A stretch of DNA of 18,882 nucleotides from Cyanobacteria bacterium P01_E01_bin.42 (GCA_039194995.1 JBCCVR010000004.1:1-18882), one strand, 5' to 3'; positions 1 through 8,121 are shown, counted from the stretch's first letter. Notes: a model not told the origin generated them from the sequence alone. Made by a program: numbers and translations.

Positions 1-920
1 GGATCTAGCAAAAGCACGTCAAAAACTTCATCAACCACAACACCAGCAATTAGATCGTCAATCTCGACTATAACCACTTTGATGGGTAGCGATCGCTCGA
101 TCCATGGCAATTCTAAGAGATTACAAATATCAATTAAGGTGATAATTTCTCCTCGTAAATTAATATTTCCCACGATATGCGAAGGACAACAAGGAACCGG
201 GGTAATTTTAAGCACTTCGGTAAATTCGCGCACAATTTTTAAATCGATTCCAAAGACTTCTCTACCTAATTTGACAACAGCTAAAGGAATAAATTGATGC
301 TTGTCGAGTAACTCATTGTGCTGCATCAAATTGAGAGTTCGTTCCTTTAAAATTTGTCTTTCTTCTGGTGTAGCATGGTCATAAAATACGCGAATGGGTT
401 GCAAATCTTGTTCGCTTTCTCGTTTTAATTCTTCTAACTCATTAACATCTAGATCGAGTATATTTTCGGAGTCGCGATCGCCATTTTGTTTTGCAGGTAA
501 AATTAAAGCATCGGGATTGAGCAAAACAATAATTTTATCTTCTATTTTAGCAATTCCTTTTTTCAAAGATACTTCTTTTCGGGTTTCGTCGTTGCCTTCA
601 TAAACTAAGTGAGTCGCAATTTCTGCGATCGGAAATTGACGGACTTCCCGAACTTGATTGGCAACAATTCCAATGCGGCGATTTTGCCAATGAATCACGA
701 TCGTGCTATCTGTTAAAGAATATTTAGGAGAATGATAGCCAAGGCGTAAATAAAGATCGATAATGGGCAGGATTTCACCCCGCAAATTAATCAAGCCAAC
801 GATTTCGCGAGGTGAATCTAGAATAGGGGTAATCTCGGGCAGAAAAAATATCTCTTCAACGGCTTCTGTTTCAATACCGTACGTGGAATGTCCCAAATTA
901 AAGGTGAGATAAGTTTGCAT
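1..920 (-). CDS. Tandem CheW-domain chemotaxis coupling protein (two CheW domains), 3' end truncated by window edge
   Basis: Hand translation of the reverse strand from the ATG at 920 gives an open frame with no stop down to position 1. It begins MQTYLTFNLGHSTYGIETEAVEEIFFLPEITPILDSPREIVGLINLRGEILPIIDL, a CheW fold signature (LTFxLG..YGI...V.EI...I.P.P....VGLINLRGEI.PIIDL). A second CheW domain follows (FIPLAVVKLGREVFGIDLKIVREF...ITPVPCCPSHIVGNINLRGEIITLIDI). It is absent from the ORF track only because the stop lies beyond the window. It is co-oriented with the CheR gene, 47 bp downstream of it. Confidence 0.85.
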   Translation of the reverse strand, partial: MQTYLTFNLGHSTYGIETEAVEEIFFLPEITPILDSPREIVGLINLRGEILPIIDLYLRLGYHSPKYSLTDSTIVIHWQNRRIGIVANQVREVRQFPIAEIATHLVYEGNDETRKEVSLKKGIAKIEDKIIVLLNPDALILPAKQNGDRDSENILDLDVNELEELKRESEQDLQPIRVFYDHATPEERQILKERTLNLMQHNELLDKHQFIPLAVVKLGREVFGIDLKIVREFTEVLKITPVPCCPSHIVGNINLRGEIITLIDICNLLELPWIERSLPIKVVIVEIDDLIAGVVVDEVFDVLLLD

Positions 921-948
921 ATTGGTTATTAGTTATTGGTTATTGGTT
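921..948. repeat. STRR-like heptamer tandem repeat (GTTATTR)x4, copy A
   Basis: ATTGGTTATTAGTTATTGGTTATTGGTT lies directly 5' of the cheW-cheW start codon. On the mRNA strand it reads CCAATAACCAATAACTAATAACCAAT-ATG. It shares a 21-nt identical core (GTTATTAGTTATTGGTTATT) with copy B at 16097-16117. Confidence 0.8.
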
Positions 949-967
949 TCTCTCATTTGGGGGAATT

Positions 968-2449
968 TTACTCTTTACTCTTTCCTTGTTTTTCGAGTTC
1001 TAGAGCAGTGTAGTGCATTTTTTTTGCACGATCGCGGTCGCCTTCACAATGATATAAATAAGCCAGTTCTCGATAAGCTGGAATTGAATTAGGTTCGAGA
1101 TAAACTATCTTTTTATAATATTGCTTCTCGTCGGTAAAATTGCCGCATTCGCGAGCGACTTGGGCGAGCAAATAATAAATATCTACTGAAAAACTATCAA
1201 TTTCTAATGCTTTTTTACAACATTCAACAGCATGATTGTATTGTCCGGAATTTGCATAAATTTTAGCTAAAAGATAGAACGCATCAAAACTCTGCGGTTT
1301 TAAGTTCAAGGCATATTTCGATCTCGCGATCGCAGCCATATATTCTTTTTGCAAGAATAAGGCTTCGGCCTCTTGAAGACATTGTTCTGGTGAAACCCGA
1401 TCTCGATCTCCCATCGCAATAGGAATCGATGCCCGATCGGAGAAATTTTGGCGATCGCCAGAAGTCCGAACGCTATTCAATTTTGGTTGGCGAGAAATTG
1501 TGCCCCCGAGTTCTCGGGTAAGCTCCAATTGAGTGGGGAGCTTAGTAAGCCAGAGGTTATTCTTCTCTTGTAAAAATACCTCCGGCTCATTTTTTTGCCG
1601 CTTAATATTCTTTTGATAAAGGATTGATTCGGGAAACATTTTACTTTGAAATAAAGTTAAATCCTGTCCGTATAATTCCGCATGACCCGTCAGCAAATAG
1701 CCATCAAATGCCAGCGATCGCGAAAAACTCACAAGGGTGTTTTGTAGTGCAGTTTTGGAAAAGTAGATAAAAACGTTGCGACAGACAATTAAATCAAAAT
1801 AGTCTGGATCGTTATAGGGAAAACTAGATAAGTCGGCTAAGTTACTATAGTGAAATGTTACTCGTCGGCGCAGGCGATCGCGGAGGAGATAGCCGCGCTC
1901 TGTGGTATGAAAATACTGTTGTTGCAGTTCTCGATCCGAACTCCGAAACGACCAATTGCCATAGATTCCTTCCCGTGCTTTTTGTAACGTAGCCAAGTTG
2001 ATATCCGTCCCTAAAATGAGGAGATTCCAGCGATCGATATCCGGTAGCAATTGCTCGAGTACAATTGCCAAAGAGTAGACTTCTTCTCCGGTGGAACATC
2101 CCGCACTCCACACCCGCAAGGTTTTGGCCCGGTAGCGGCGTTCGATCAGTTCTGGCAAAATATGACGTTTGAGGAGAGAAAATTGGCCGCGATCTCGAAA
2201 AAAATAGCTTTCCGGGTTGGTTAACAGGCTAATTAAAGTTTGCCATTCTTCGGAATTTTGTTGAGTTTCATCAGCCAAACAATTGTAATAAGAATTAACC
2301 GCCGATAAGTGCAGGGATTGCATGCGAAATTGAATGGTGCGCTCGAGAATCTTACGGTCGCGTTCTCGAATCTCCAATCCCGTTCGTTTGGCGATCAAGC
2401 GAACGAAAGATTCAATGAGGAGAGGATTGAGTTTTTGTCTTGAGGACAT
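968..2449 (-). CDS. cheR: Chemotaxis protein methyltransferase CheR with C-terminal TPR repeats (WspC/FrzF-like)
   Basis: 493-aa ORF. CheR SAM-binding motifs are present: LRVWSAGCSTGEEVYSLAIVL and NLLILGTDIN..L..A. The CheR N-domain is upstream of these. The C-terminal ~140 aa carry TPR-like repeats (AEALFLQKEYMAAIARSKYALNLKP..., YNHAVECCKKALEID, YRELAYLYHCEGDRDRAKKMH). Confidence 0.9.
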   Translation of the reverse strand: MSSRQKLNPLLIESFVRLIAKRTGLEIRERDRKILERTIQFRMQSLHLSAVNSYYNCLADETQQNSEEWQTLISLLTNPESYFFRDRGQFSLLKRHILPELIERRYRAKTLRVWSAGCSTGEEVYSLAIVLEQLLPDIDRWNLLILGTDINLATLQKAREGIYGNWSFRSSDRELQQQYFHTTERGYLLRDRLRRRVTFHYSNLADLSSFPYNDPDYFDLIVCRNVFIYFSKTALQNTLVSFSRSLAFDGYLLTGHAELYGQDLTLFQSKMFPESILYQKNIKRQKNEPEVFLQEKNNLWLTKLPTQLELTRELGGTISRQPKLNSVRTSGDRQNFSDRASIPIAMGDRDRVSPEQCLQEAEALFLQKEYMAAIARSKYALNLKPQSFDAFYLLAKIYANSGQYNHAVECCKKALEIDSFSVDIYYLLAQVARECGNFTDEKQYYKKIVYLEPNSIPAYRELAYLYHCEGDRDRAKKMHYTALELEKQGKSKE

Positions 2450-2513
2450 GAAGTTCCTTTTCGTCCGCCACAGAGAATAATTGAAGATATGCCAAGATTG
2501 GGATTGAGTAGTT

Positions 2514-2885
2514 TTAGTTTAGCGATTGAATCTGCTGCAAACACGCGGGGACATTATTTCTAAAGAAATTGCCAACTTCCTCGCGTGATTCGCGATCGCC
2601 TTGTTCTAAACCCGCAAACAAAGAAATAAACTCTGCATGAGAATAAGTCTGCTGGAATCGATCCGATAAGCAAACACAAATCTCGACGCGATCATACACT
2701 TCCTCTCGATTGGAAAAATTCGGGGCGTTATCCTCATCTAATATACAACCGGCCAGAAAGGTTGCACGGCTGCCTGCCGGGTAAGCGTCGGTTTGTGGTG
2801 AATTCGTTTGGGCTGAAACGGGTAGGAGAAGAGACAGAGCCATCATTCCCCCGATCGCTGCAATACTCGATTGAAATTCGTTCAC
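2514..2885 (-). CDS. Hypothetical small secreted protein (signal peptide, 4 Cys), first gene of the putative chemosensory operon
   Basis: 123-aa ORF. The N-terminus MNEFQSSIAAIGGMMALSLLLPVSAQT looks like a Sec signal peptide with an A-x-A-like cleavage site. It lies 64 bp upstream of cheR on the same strand. I recognise no family. Confidence 0.5.
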   Translation of the reverse strand: MNEFQSSIAAIGGMMALSLLLPVSAQTNSPQTDAYPAGSRATFLAGCILDEDNAPNFSNREEVYDRVEICVCLSDRFQQTYSHAEFISLFAGLEQGDRESREEVGNFFRNNVPACLQQIQSLN

Positions 2886-3250
2886 GCTCGCTTAACTCGC
2901 CTACTCGCTACTTTCAAGATAGCTTGTTAAGAACGGGTCTGCCAATAAAAAATCAAAAAACTATGTATAAAATTTATGTTAAGATTATTTTCTAATTTGT
3001 TATCTTAAGTTAAGAGATTTATATTTATTTTTAACCAATCAAGAGCGAGGCGAGTCATTGAGTAAAATACAGTATCAGAGGTGAGGAACAATTGAAGATA
3101 TTAATGATGTAAATTCAAAAATGTGGATCTAATAGCATAGGTCTATTATAGAAGTGGTTAAGAGGCAGGTTAATCGATCGTAATATAAACCACTGTTTCT
3201 ACAAACTTGCAATTATCCTATCGGTTAAAAATGCGATCGGGAAAGAGAAT

Positions 3251-3997
3251 GTGAAAATTTTAATTTTAAGTGACTTACATGTAGAATTTGAGGGGTTTCG
3301 CATTCCCGATACGGATGCCGATATCATTATTTTGGCGGGAGATATTCATATCGGTTGCAGGGGGTTGTTCTGGGCTGCCCGAGAAGTTGCAGATCGCCCC
3401 ATCTTATACATTTTAGGCAATCACGAATACTATACAGAGGCTTATCCCAAACTGATTGGGAAATTAAAAGAGCAAGCAGCAGACACAAATATCTGGGTTT
3501 TAGAAAACGATCGCGTTGTTTTCAATGATGTGACCTTTCTTGGCTGTACTTTGTGGACGAATTTTCGGCTATTTGGCGATCCGGTCTTGGCTGGATACCG
3601 GGCAATGGAAAAAATGAATGACTATCGAAAAATTCGTCTCTCTCCTCAATATTCTAGGCTGCGATCGCGAGATACGGCAATGATCCATCAACGCTCTTTT
3701 TCTTGGCTGCAAGCTAATTTAACGGATGCTAAAACCTCAAAAATTGTGGTCATTACCCATCACGCACCCAGTAAGAAATCCGTTCCTGCCGACGCATTGC
3801 AGGATCTTTTAGCAGCAGCTTATGCCTCGGATCTCGACGAAGCGATCGCGAAATCCAATGTCAACCTCTGGATTCACGGACACATACACCACTCTGTCGA
3901 TTATCATATCGGCAATACGCGCATTCTTTCAAATCCTCGCGGCTATCCTAACGGGTTTAATCCGCAATTTAATTCGGGATTGATTGTAGAAATTTAG
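3251..3997 (+). CDS. Calcineurin-like metallophosphoesterase (MPP superfamily)
   Basis: 248 aa with a GTG start preceded by gaaagaga. The MPP motifs are ordered as expected: ILSDLHVE (DxH), LAGDIHIG (GDxx), GNHEY (GNHE/D), then ITHH and HGHIHH at the C-terminal end. Confidence 0.8.
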   Translation: MKILILSDLHVEFEGFRIPDTDADIIILAGDIHIGCRGLFWAAREVADRPILYILGNHEYYTEAYPKLIGKLKEQAADTNIWVLENDRVVFNDVTFLGCTLWTNFRLFGDPVLAGYRAMEKMNDYRKIRLSPQYSRLRSRDTAMIHQRSFSWLQANLTDAKTSKIVVITHHAPSKKSVPADALQDLLAAAYASDLDEAIAKSNVNLWIHGHIHHSVDYHIGNTRILSNPRGYPNGFNPQFNSGLIVEI

Positions 3998-3999
3998 TT

Positions 4000-5346
4000 T
4001 TATAATATTTCTCTGCCCGTGAGAATTTTTCTAACTTCTAACATGGCTGAATAGGTCGGAAGAATATGCAAAGTTTCTTCATTCGGACTATTTTCTAAAG
4101 CAGTTTGGATAGCTGCTTGTAAATCTTCTTTCACGATAAGATTCAAGTTTTTTGCCTCTATTTCTTGACTATCTTGACTGTATTTGAGGCGCAAAGCCAT
4201 ATCGTAAACGCGATCGCCACTGACGACAATCGTTCCCCCCAAATGCACTAATTTTTCTGTATCTACATCCCAAATCCAAGAGACATCTGTGCCATCGGGA
4301 ATGCGATCGTTGAGGACGATCAGCGTTGTTGAGGATTTTCCCTGCATTTTAATATCATTAACGGCCCGGATCGTTTCATTCATACCAACCGGATTTTTAG
4401 AGAGTAAAATACGAACGTGTTTCCCTTTTACGGTTAATTCTTCTGCCCGTCCAAAAGCCGCCCTGAAATTTTGAATGGTTGTATTAATATTGTCGCGCGA
4501 GATGCCGATTTCTTGTGCTAATAATCCGGCGGCAAGGGTATTATATTTATTATAAACGCCGATGAGAATCTGTCCCCATTCTTGACTGTCGAGAGCAGTT
4601 TTACTCTTTTCAAAACCGCATTTCGGGCAGCTGTAATCGCCGAGATGAGATAGATAAACCCCTTGATAATTTAAAAGATGACCGCAACGAGGACAATAAA
4701 TCGAATCGACGGCATGGGGAATTTCTTCCAGATAGCGATCGGGTTCGTTTAACCCAAAAAAGAGGACTTTCTGAGATAGATTTTGCCCCAAATAGGAGAG
4801 GGTTGGATCGTCTGCATTGAGGACGATCGCGGTATCTTGAGGAAGAGGCGCGATCGCTTGCTGCCAGCGAAAACTAATCGTATCGACTTCTCCATAGCGA
4901 TCCAATTGATCGCGAAACAAATTCAATCCTAGAATATAGCGCGGGTGACAATCTCGGAGAACCAAAGGTAAAATATTTTCATCAACTTCTAAAATTGCAT
5001 AATCTGTTTTTAATTGTCCGATTAAATTGGTATCCGCTAAAAGTGCTGTAATCAAACCATTAATCAAGTTAGCACCCGTCGCATTATGGGTAACTTTTGC
5101 ACCGTTATCCTCTAATATTTTTCGTAGTAAAAGCGAAGTGGTTGTTTTACCATTCGTCCCGACAATGAGAATAACGCCCTGTTTGACTTGCTCGAAGAGT
5201 AAGGGTAACAAACGAGGGTGAATGCGCCTAGAAACCTCTCCCGGAAGCACGCTAGCCGCCCCTAATTTTAAACCTTTAACGAGAGCCGTAACGGTTTTGG
5301 CAACTCCTACCGCCAGTCCCAAGCGAATGCGATCGAATACGTTCAT
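4000..5346 (-). CDS. MurT-like Mur-ligase family protein (central Mur ligase domain, Cys4 Zn-ribbon, DUF1727-like C-terminus)
   Basis: P-loop ILIVGTNGKTTTSLL of the Mur ligase central domain. CxxC-17-CxxC insertion (CPRCGHLLNYQGVYLSHLGDYSCPKCG), as seen in MurT of the lipid II isoglutaminyl synthase. The track ORF runs to 5544 (514 aa). I place the start at the in-frame ATG 5344-5346 (MNVFDRIRLGL...), giving 449 aa, the usual MurT length with no overlap of the divergent gene. Starts at 5544, 5496 or 5451 remain possible. Confidence 0.75.
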   Translation of the reverse strand: MNVFDRIRLGLAVGVAKTVTALVKGLKLGAASVLPGEVSRRIHPRLLPLLFEQVKQGVILIVGTNGKTTTSLLLRKILEDNGAKVTHNATGANLINGLITALLADTNLIGQLKTDYAILEVDENILPLVLRDCHPRYILGLNLFRDQLDRYGEVDTISFRWQQAIAPLPQDTAIVLNADDPTLSYLGQNLSQKVLFFGLNEPDRYLEEIPHAVDSIYCPRCGHLLNYQGVYLSHLGDYSCPKCGFEKSKTALDSQEWGQILIGVYNKYNTLAAGLLAQEIGISRDNINTTIQNFRAAFGRAEELTVKGKHVRILLSKNPVGMNETIRAVNDIKMQGKSSTTLIVLNDRIPDGTDVSWIWDVDTEKLVHLGGTIVVSGDRVYDMALRLKYSQDSQEIEAKNLNLIVKEDLQAAIQTALENSPNEETLHILPTYSAMLEVRKILTGREIL

Positions 5347-5486
5347 GCGTTCGGTGATTAACAAGCCAATCCCAATTATCAACCATTGGGGAGCGATTAT
5401 CAATAAATTTTGCGATCGCGACAGGCATTTCGATCGGGGTGCGCTTACCATAGATTGGCATGGCTGCTTGAGGTTAATCAAATCCG

Positions 5487-6440
5487 ATGAAATCATTGCG
5501 TTGGTTCTTCTCGATTCTCTTGGCTTTAATTCTCGCGATCGCATTGATTTTCTCTTTACCGGCTACGGCGATCGTCCAACAAATTACCAACGTTCAAATT
5601 GTTAAAACTTGGTTTAATGAGAGTAATGCTTACGATGAGTTTCTAGCTGCTACCTTTCAAGAACAGTTATCGGGCACGATTCCACAAATTGGGAACCTGC
5701 CGATCGGGAATAATAGCCAAATTTTTACTGCGATCGCCCAATCTATTCCCGACGATTTCGTGCAAAATCTATTTGAAACAGTTCTCGATGCTCATTTCGA
5801 TTATTTTCACGGTCGCACGGAACAAGTCGAATTTACCATTGATTTGACCGATATTGCTCAAAGTATCAATCCCAATCTTCCCAATTTACCGACAGAAAAT
5901 AATAATACACCTCCTATTTTACCTCCCGGCAATCCTCCTGCACCTCCTCTAATCGATCCATCACAATTGAATTCCTCTCAATTGCCTAACGGTCTATCCG
6001 ATCGCCTCACGATTACAGCAGAAGATATCCAACTCGATTATAATAACCTTGCCAATATCCGACAATTCTTTTCAATTGCAACCCTCATTCCTCGTCTGAG
6101 TTATGGGTTAATTTTGTTTCTTTCGATCTTTATTCTCGCGATCTCGCCCCGTCCTTGGCGAAATGGTCTATCGGTGCTGAGTTTGACTTGGATTCCCAGT
6201 ACAATTCTAGTCATGCTATTGACTTTAGGTGCGCGATCGCCCTCTTTAAATACGATACAAACTCAACTCAATAACACCGTTGTTCAAGACGATCCCGCCG
6301 CCGGAAATTTACTGTTAAAAACAGCGATCGTTGCTCATGCTTCTATAAGCGATCGCATTCTTTTTCTCTCTGGATGTGGCGTTTTATTGGGAGTTATTTT
6401 TCTGGCGATCGCGCTTATTAGTCGGCGAACTACCAGTTAA
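5487..6440 (+). CDS. Hypothetical membrane protein (N-terminal TM anchor, Pro-rich central region, three C-terminal TM helices)
   Basis: 317 aa. Hydrophobic N-terminus MKSLRWFFSILLALILAIALIFSL. Pro/Asn-rich linker NPNLPNLPTENNNTPPILPPGNPPAPPLIDP. C-terminal hydrophobic stretches (GLILFLSIFILAISP, ILVMLLTLGA, GCGVLLGVIFLAIALI). GAGGT sits 12 nt upstream of the ATG. Confidence 0.6.
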   Translation: MKSLRWFFSILLALILAIALIFSLPATAIVQQITNVQIVKTWFNESNAYDEFLAATFQEQLSGTIPQIGNLPIGNNSQIFTAIAQSIPDDFVQNLFETVLDAHFDYFHGRTEQVEFTIDLTDIAQSINPNLPNLPTENNNTPPILPPGNPPAPPLIDPSQLNSSQLPNGLSDRLTITAEDIQLDYNNLANIRQFFSIATLIPRLSYGLILFLSIFILAISPRPWRNGLSVLSLTWIPSTILVMLLTLGARSPSLNTIQTQLNNTVVQDDPAAGNLLLKTAIVAHASISDRILFLSGCGVLLGVIFLAIALISRRTTS

Positions 6441-6649
6441 AAGTTTATTTCTTGAATAGCAACCAAACAATATAAATACCTCAGTTTTAGATTTGTCATG
6501 AAAAATACAAAATATTCAATAAAATAGAATTATTAAAAAATAGACATGATTTTATAAAATATCTTGTAGTGATAGTATTATAGATTCCTCAATAATCCTT
6601 ATCGATAATAAGGAACTCTTCTTTTTATAATCGCGATCGCTCGAGTCAA

Positions 6650-7318
6650 ATGAATTTAATTTCCACGTCCGAAATCACTTCACCTGAATCCCAAAATAGC
6701 TCTGTTTTAATTTCTCCTCCTATTACTTCAGAAGAAACCAAACTGGAACAAACTTTACACCTAGGCGTTTTAGCATCTGGGAGCGGGAGCAATTTTGAAG
6801 CGATCGCTAAAGCAATCGAAGCCGGACAACTCAACGCAAAAATACAAGTTCTCATCTATAATAAACCCAAAGCTAAAGCCGCAGAACGGGCAAAAAATCT
6901 CGGCATTCCCTCAGTGCTTTTGAATCACAAACATTATAAAAGCCGAGAAGAACTCGATCGCGCCATTGTCGAAACTTTACAACAATATCAAGCCAATTGG
7001 GTGATTATGGCAGGTTGGATGCGAGTTGTTACTTCAACTTTACTGGATGCGTTTCCCGATCGCGCGATCAACATTCACCCTAGTTTGCTCCCCAGTTTCC
7101 CCGGCACTAAAGCAGTAGAACAAGCCCTAGAAGCTGGGGTTAAAGTCACTGGATGTACCGTACATTTAGTTTGCGTTGAAGTCGATAGCGGTCCCATTCT
7201 CATGCAGGCTGTCGTTCCCGTCTTACCGGATGATACCCCCGATACCTTGCACGCTCGCATTCAAGTCCAGGAACATCGCATCTTTCCCCCTGCGATCGCC
7301 CTTGCTACGCGACAATAG
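6650..7318 (+). CDS. purN: Phosphoribosylglycinamide formyltransferase (GAR transformylase)
   Basis: LGVLASGSGSNFEAI, WVIMAGWMRVV, INIHPSLLPSFPG and TGCTVHLVCVEVDSGPI are canonical PurN motifs. The only in-frame start (ATG/GTG/TTG) upstream of the conserved core is the ATG at 6650. This gives a 37-aa Ser/Thr/Pro-rich N-terminal extension. Confidence 0.9.
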   Translation: MNLISTSEITSPESQNSSVLISPPITSEETKLEQTLHLGVLASGSGSNFEAIAKAIEAGQLNAKIQVLIYNKPKAKAAERAKNLGIPSVLLNHKHYKSREELDRAIVETLQQYQANWVIMAGWMRVVTSTLLDAFPDRAINIHPSLLPSFPGTKAVEQALEAGVKVTGCTVHLVCVEVDSGPILMQAVVPVLPDDTPDTLHARIQVQEHRIFPPAIALATRQ

Positions 7319-7361
7319 ATAGAGCATAAAGTCTGAGAATCTTGCAATCCAATTTAAGTCA

Positions 7362-8087
7362 TTACAATTCATCGCCACTCAAACGGTTGATTTGAGCTTG
7401 TAGAGGTGAAGTAATGCGTGACATTAAACGGGAAAAAGGTAGACTTTGAATATATACCTTACCCGGCCCTGTCATTTTTGCTAAAAATAACCCTTCGCCG
7501 CCAAATAAAAGATTTTTAATCCCTTTCATGAACTGGATATCGTAGTCTACTGACGGAGCAAAAGCAACCAAACATCCCGTATCGACTCTTAACACTTCTC
7601 CTCGTCCTAAATCCTTCTCAATAATTGCCCCTCCTGCTTGGACAAATGCCAAACCATCTCCTTGCAAACGCTGCAAAATAAACCCTTCTCCACCAAAAAA
7701 TCCCGCACCCAAACGCTTGGTAAATGCCACTTTAATTTCCGTTCCACTCGCCGCACACAAAAATGCGTCTTTTTGACATAAAAACTCTCCCCCTAATGCC
7801 GCTAGATCGAGAGGGATAATTTGACCCGGAGAAGTTGCAGCAAAGCCGACTCTTGCCCGTTTTTTACCGCCATTTGCAAAGGTGGTGATAAAGAAACTTT
7901 CTCCTGTTATCATGCGTTTAAAACCGGAAAAGAGACCGCCTCCTCCCATCCCCGTCTGCATTTCGATGTCTTGTTCCATGTAAGTCATCGTTCCGACTTC
8001 AGCTTGTACGCCTTCACCGGGATCGAGTTCGACTTCAACTAATTGTAAGTCTGCACCGTAGATTTTGTAATCGATAACGTCTGCCAT
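7362..8087 (-). CDS. AIM24 / DUF124 (TIGR00266) family protein
   Basis: 241 aa. N-terminus MADVIDYKIYGADLQLVEVELDPGEGVQAEVGTMTYM and a Gly-rich repeat architecture (GMGGGGLFSGF, GAGFFGGEGF) typical of the AIM24/DUF124 family. Confidence 0.75.
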   Translation of the reverse strand: MADVIDYKIYGADLQLVEVELDPGEGVQAEVGTMTYMEQDIEMQTGMGGGGLFSGFKRMITGESFFITTFANGGKKRARVGFAATSPGQIIPLDLAALGGEFLCQKDAFLCAASGTEIKVAFTKRLGAGFFGGEGFILQRLQGDGLAFVQAGGAIIEKDLGRGEVLRVDTGCLVAFAPSVDYDIQFMKGIKNLLFGGEGLFLAKMTGPGKVYIQSLPFSRLMSRITSPLQAQINRLSGDEL

Positions 8088-8121
8088 TTTAACCTCCGAA
8101 TGATTGCTAAGTTAGAACGCG

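Noticed and set aside
79-603. Plus-strand ORFs 79..297 and 394..603 from the ORF track
   Set aside because: They lie antisense inside a 920-nt uninterrupted minus-strand frame that encodes two clear CheW domains. The + ORFs have no recognisable features and odd composition.
1845-2111. 88-aa minus-strand ORF nested in cheR
   Set aside because: It is in a different frame inside the well-supported CheR coding sequence, and its Arg/Ser-rich composition is typical of off-frame translation.
2762-2995. 77-aa plus-strand ORF overlapping the start of the secreted-protein gene
   Set aside because: It overlaps the signal-peptide gene on the opposite strand and runs into the AT-rich promoter region. 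It has no supporting features.
5027-5605. Plus-strand ORFs 5027..5221 and 5222..5605 (and minus 5276..5461) around the MurT-like gene's 5' region
   Set aside because: They are antisense or out of frame relative to the Mur-ligase P-loop region and low-complexity in composition. They are explained by the MurT-like CDS plus its promoter region.
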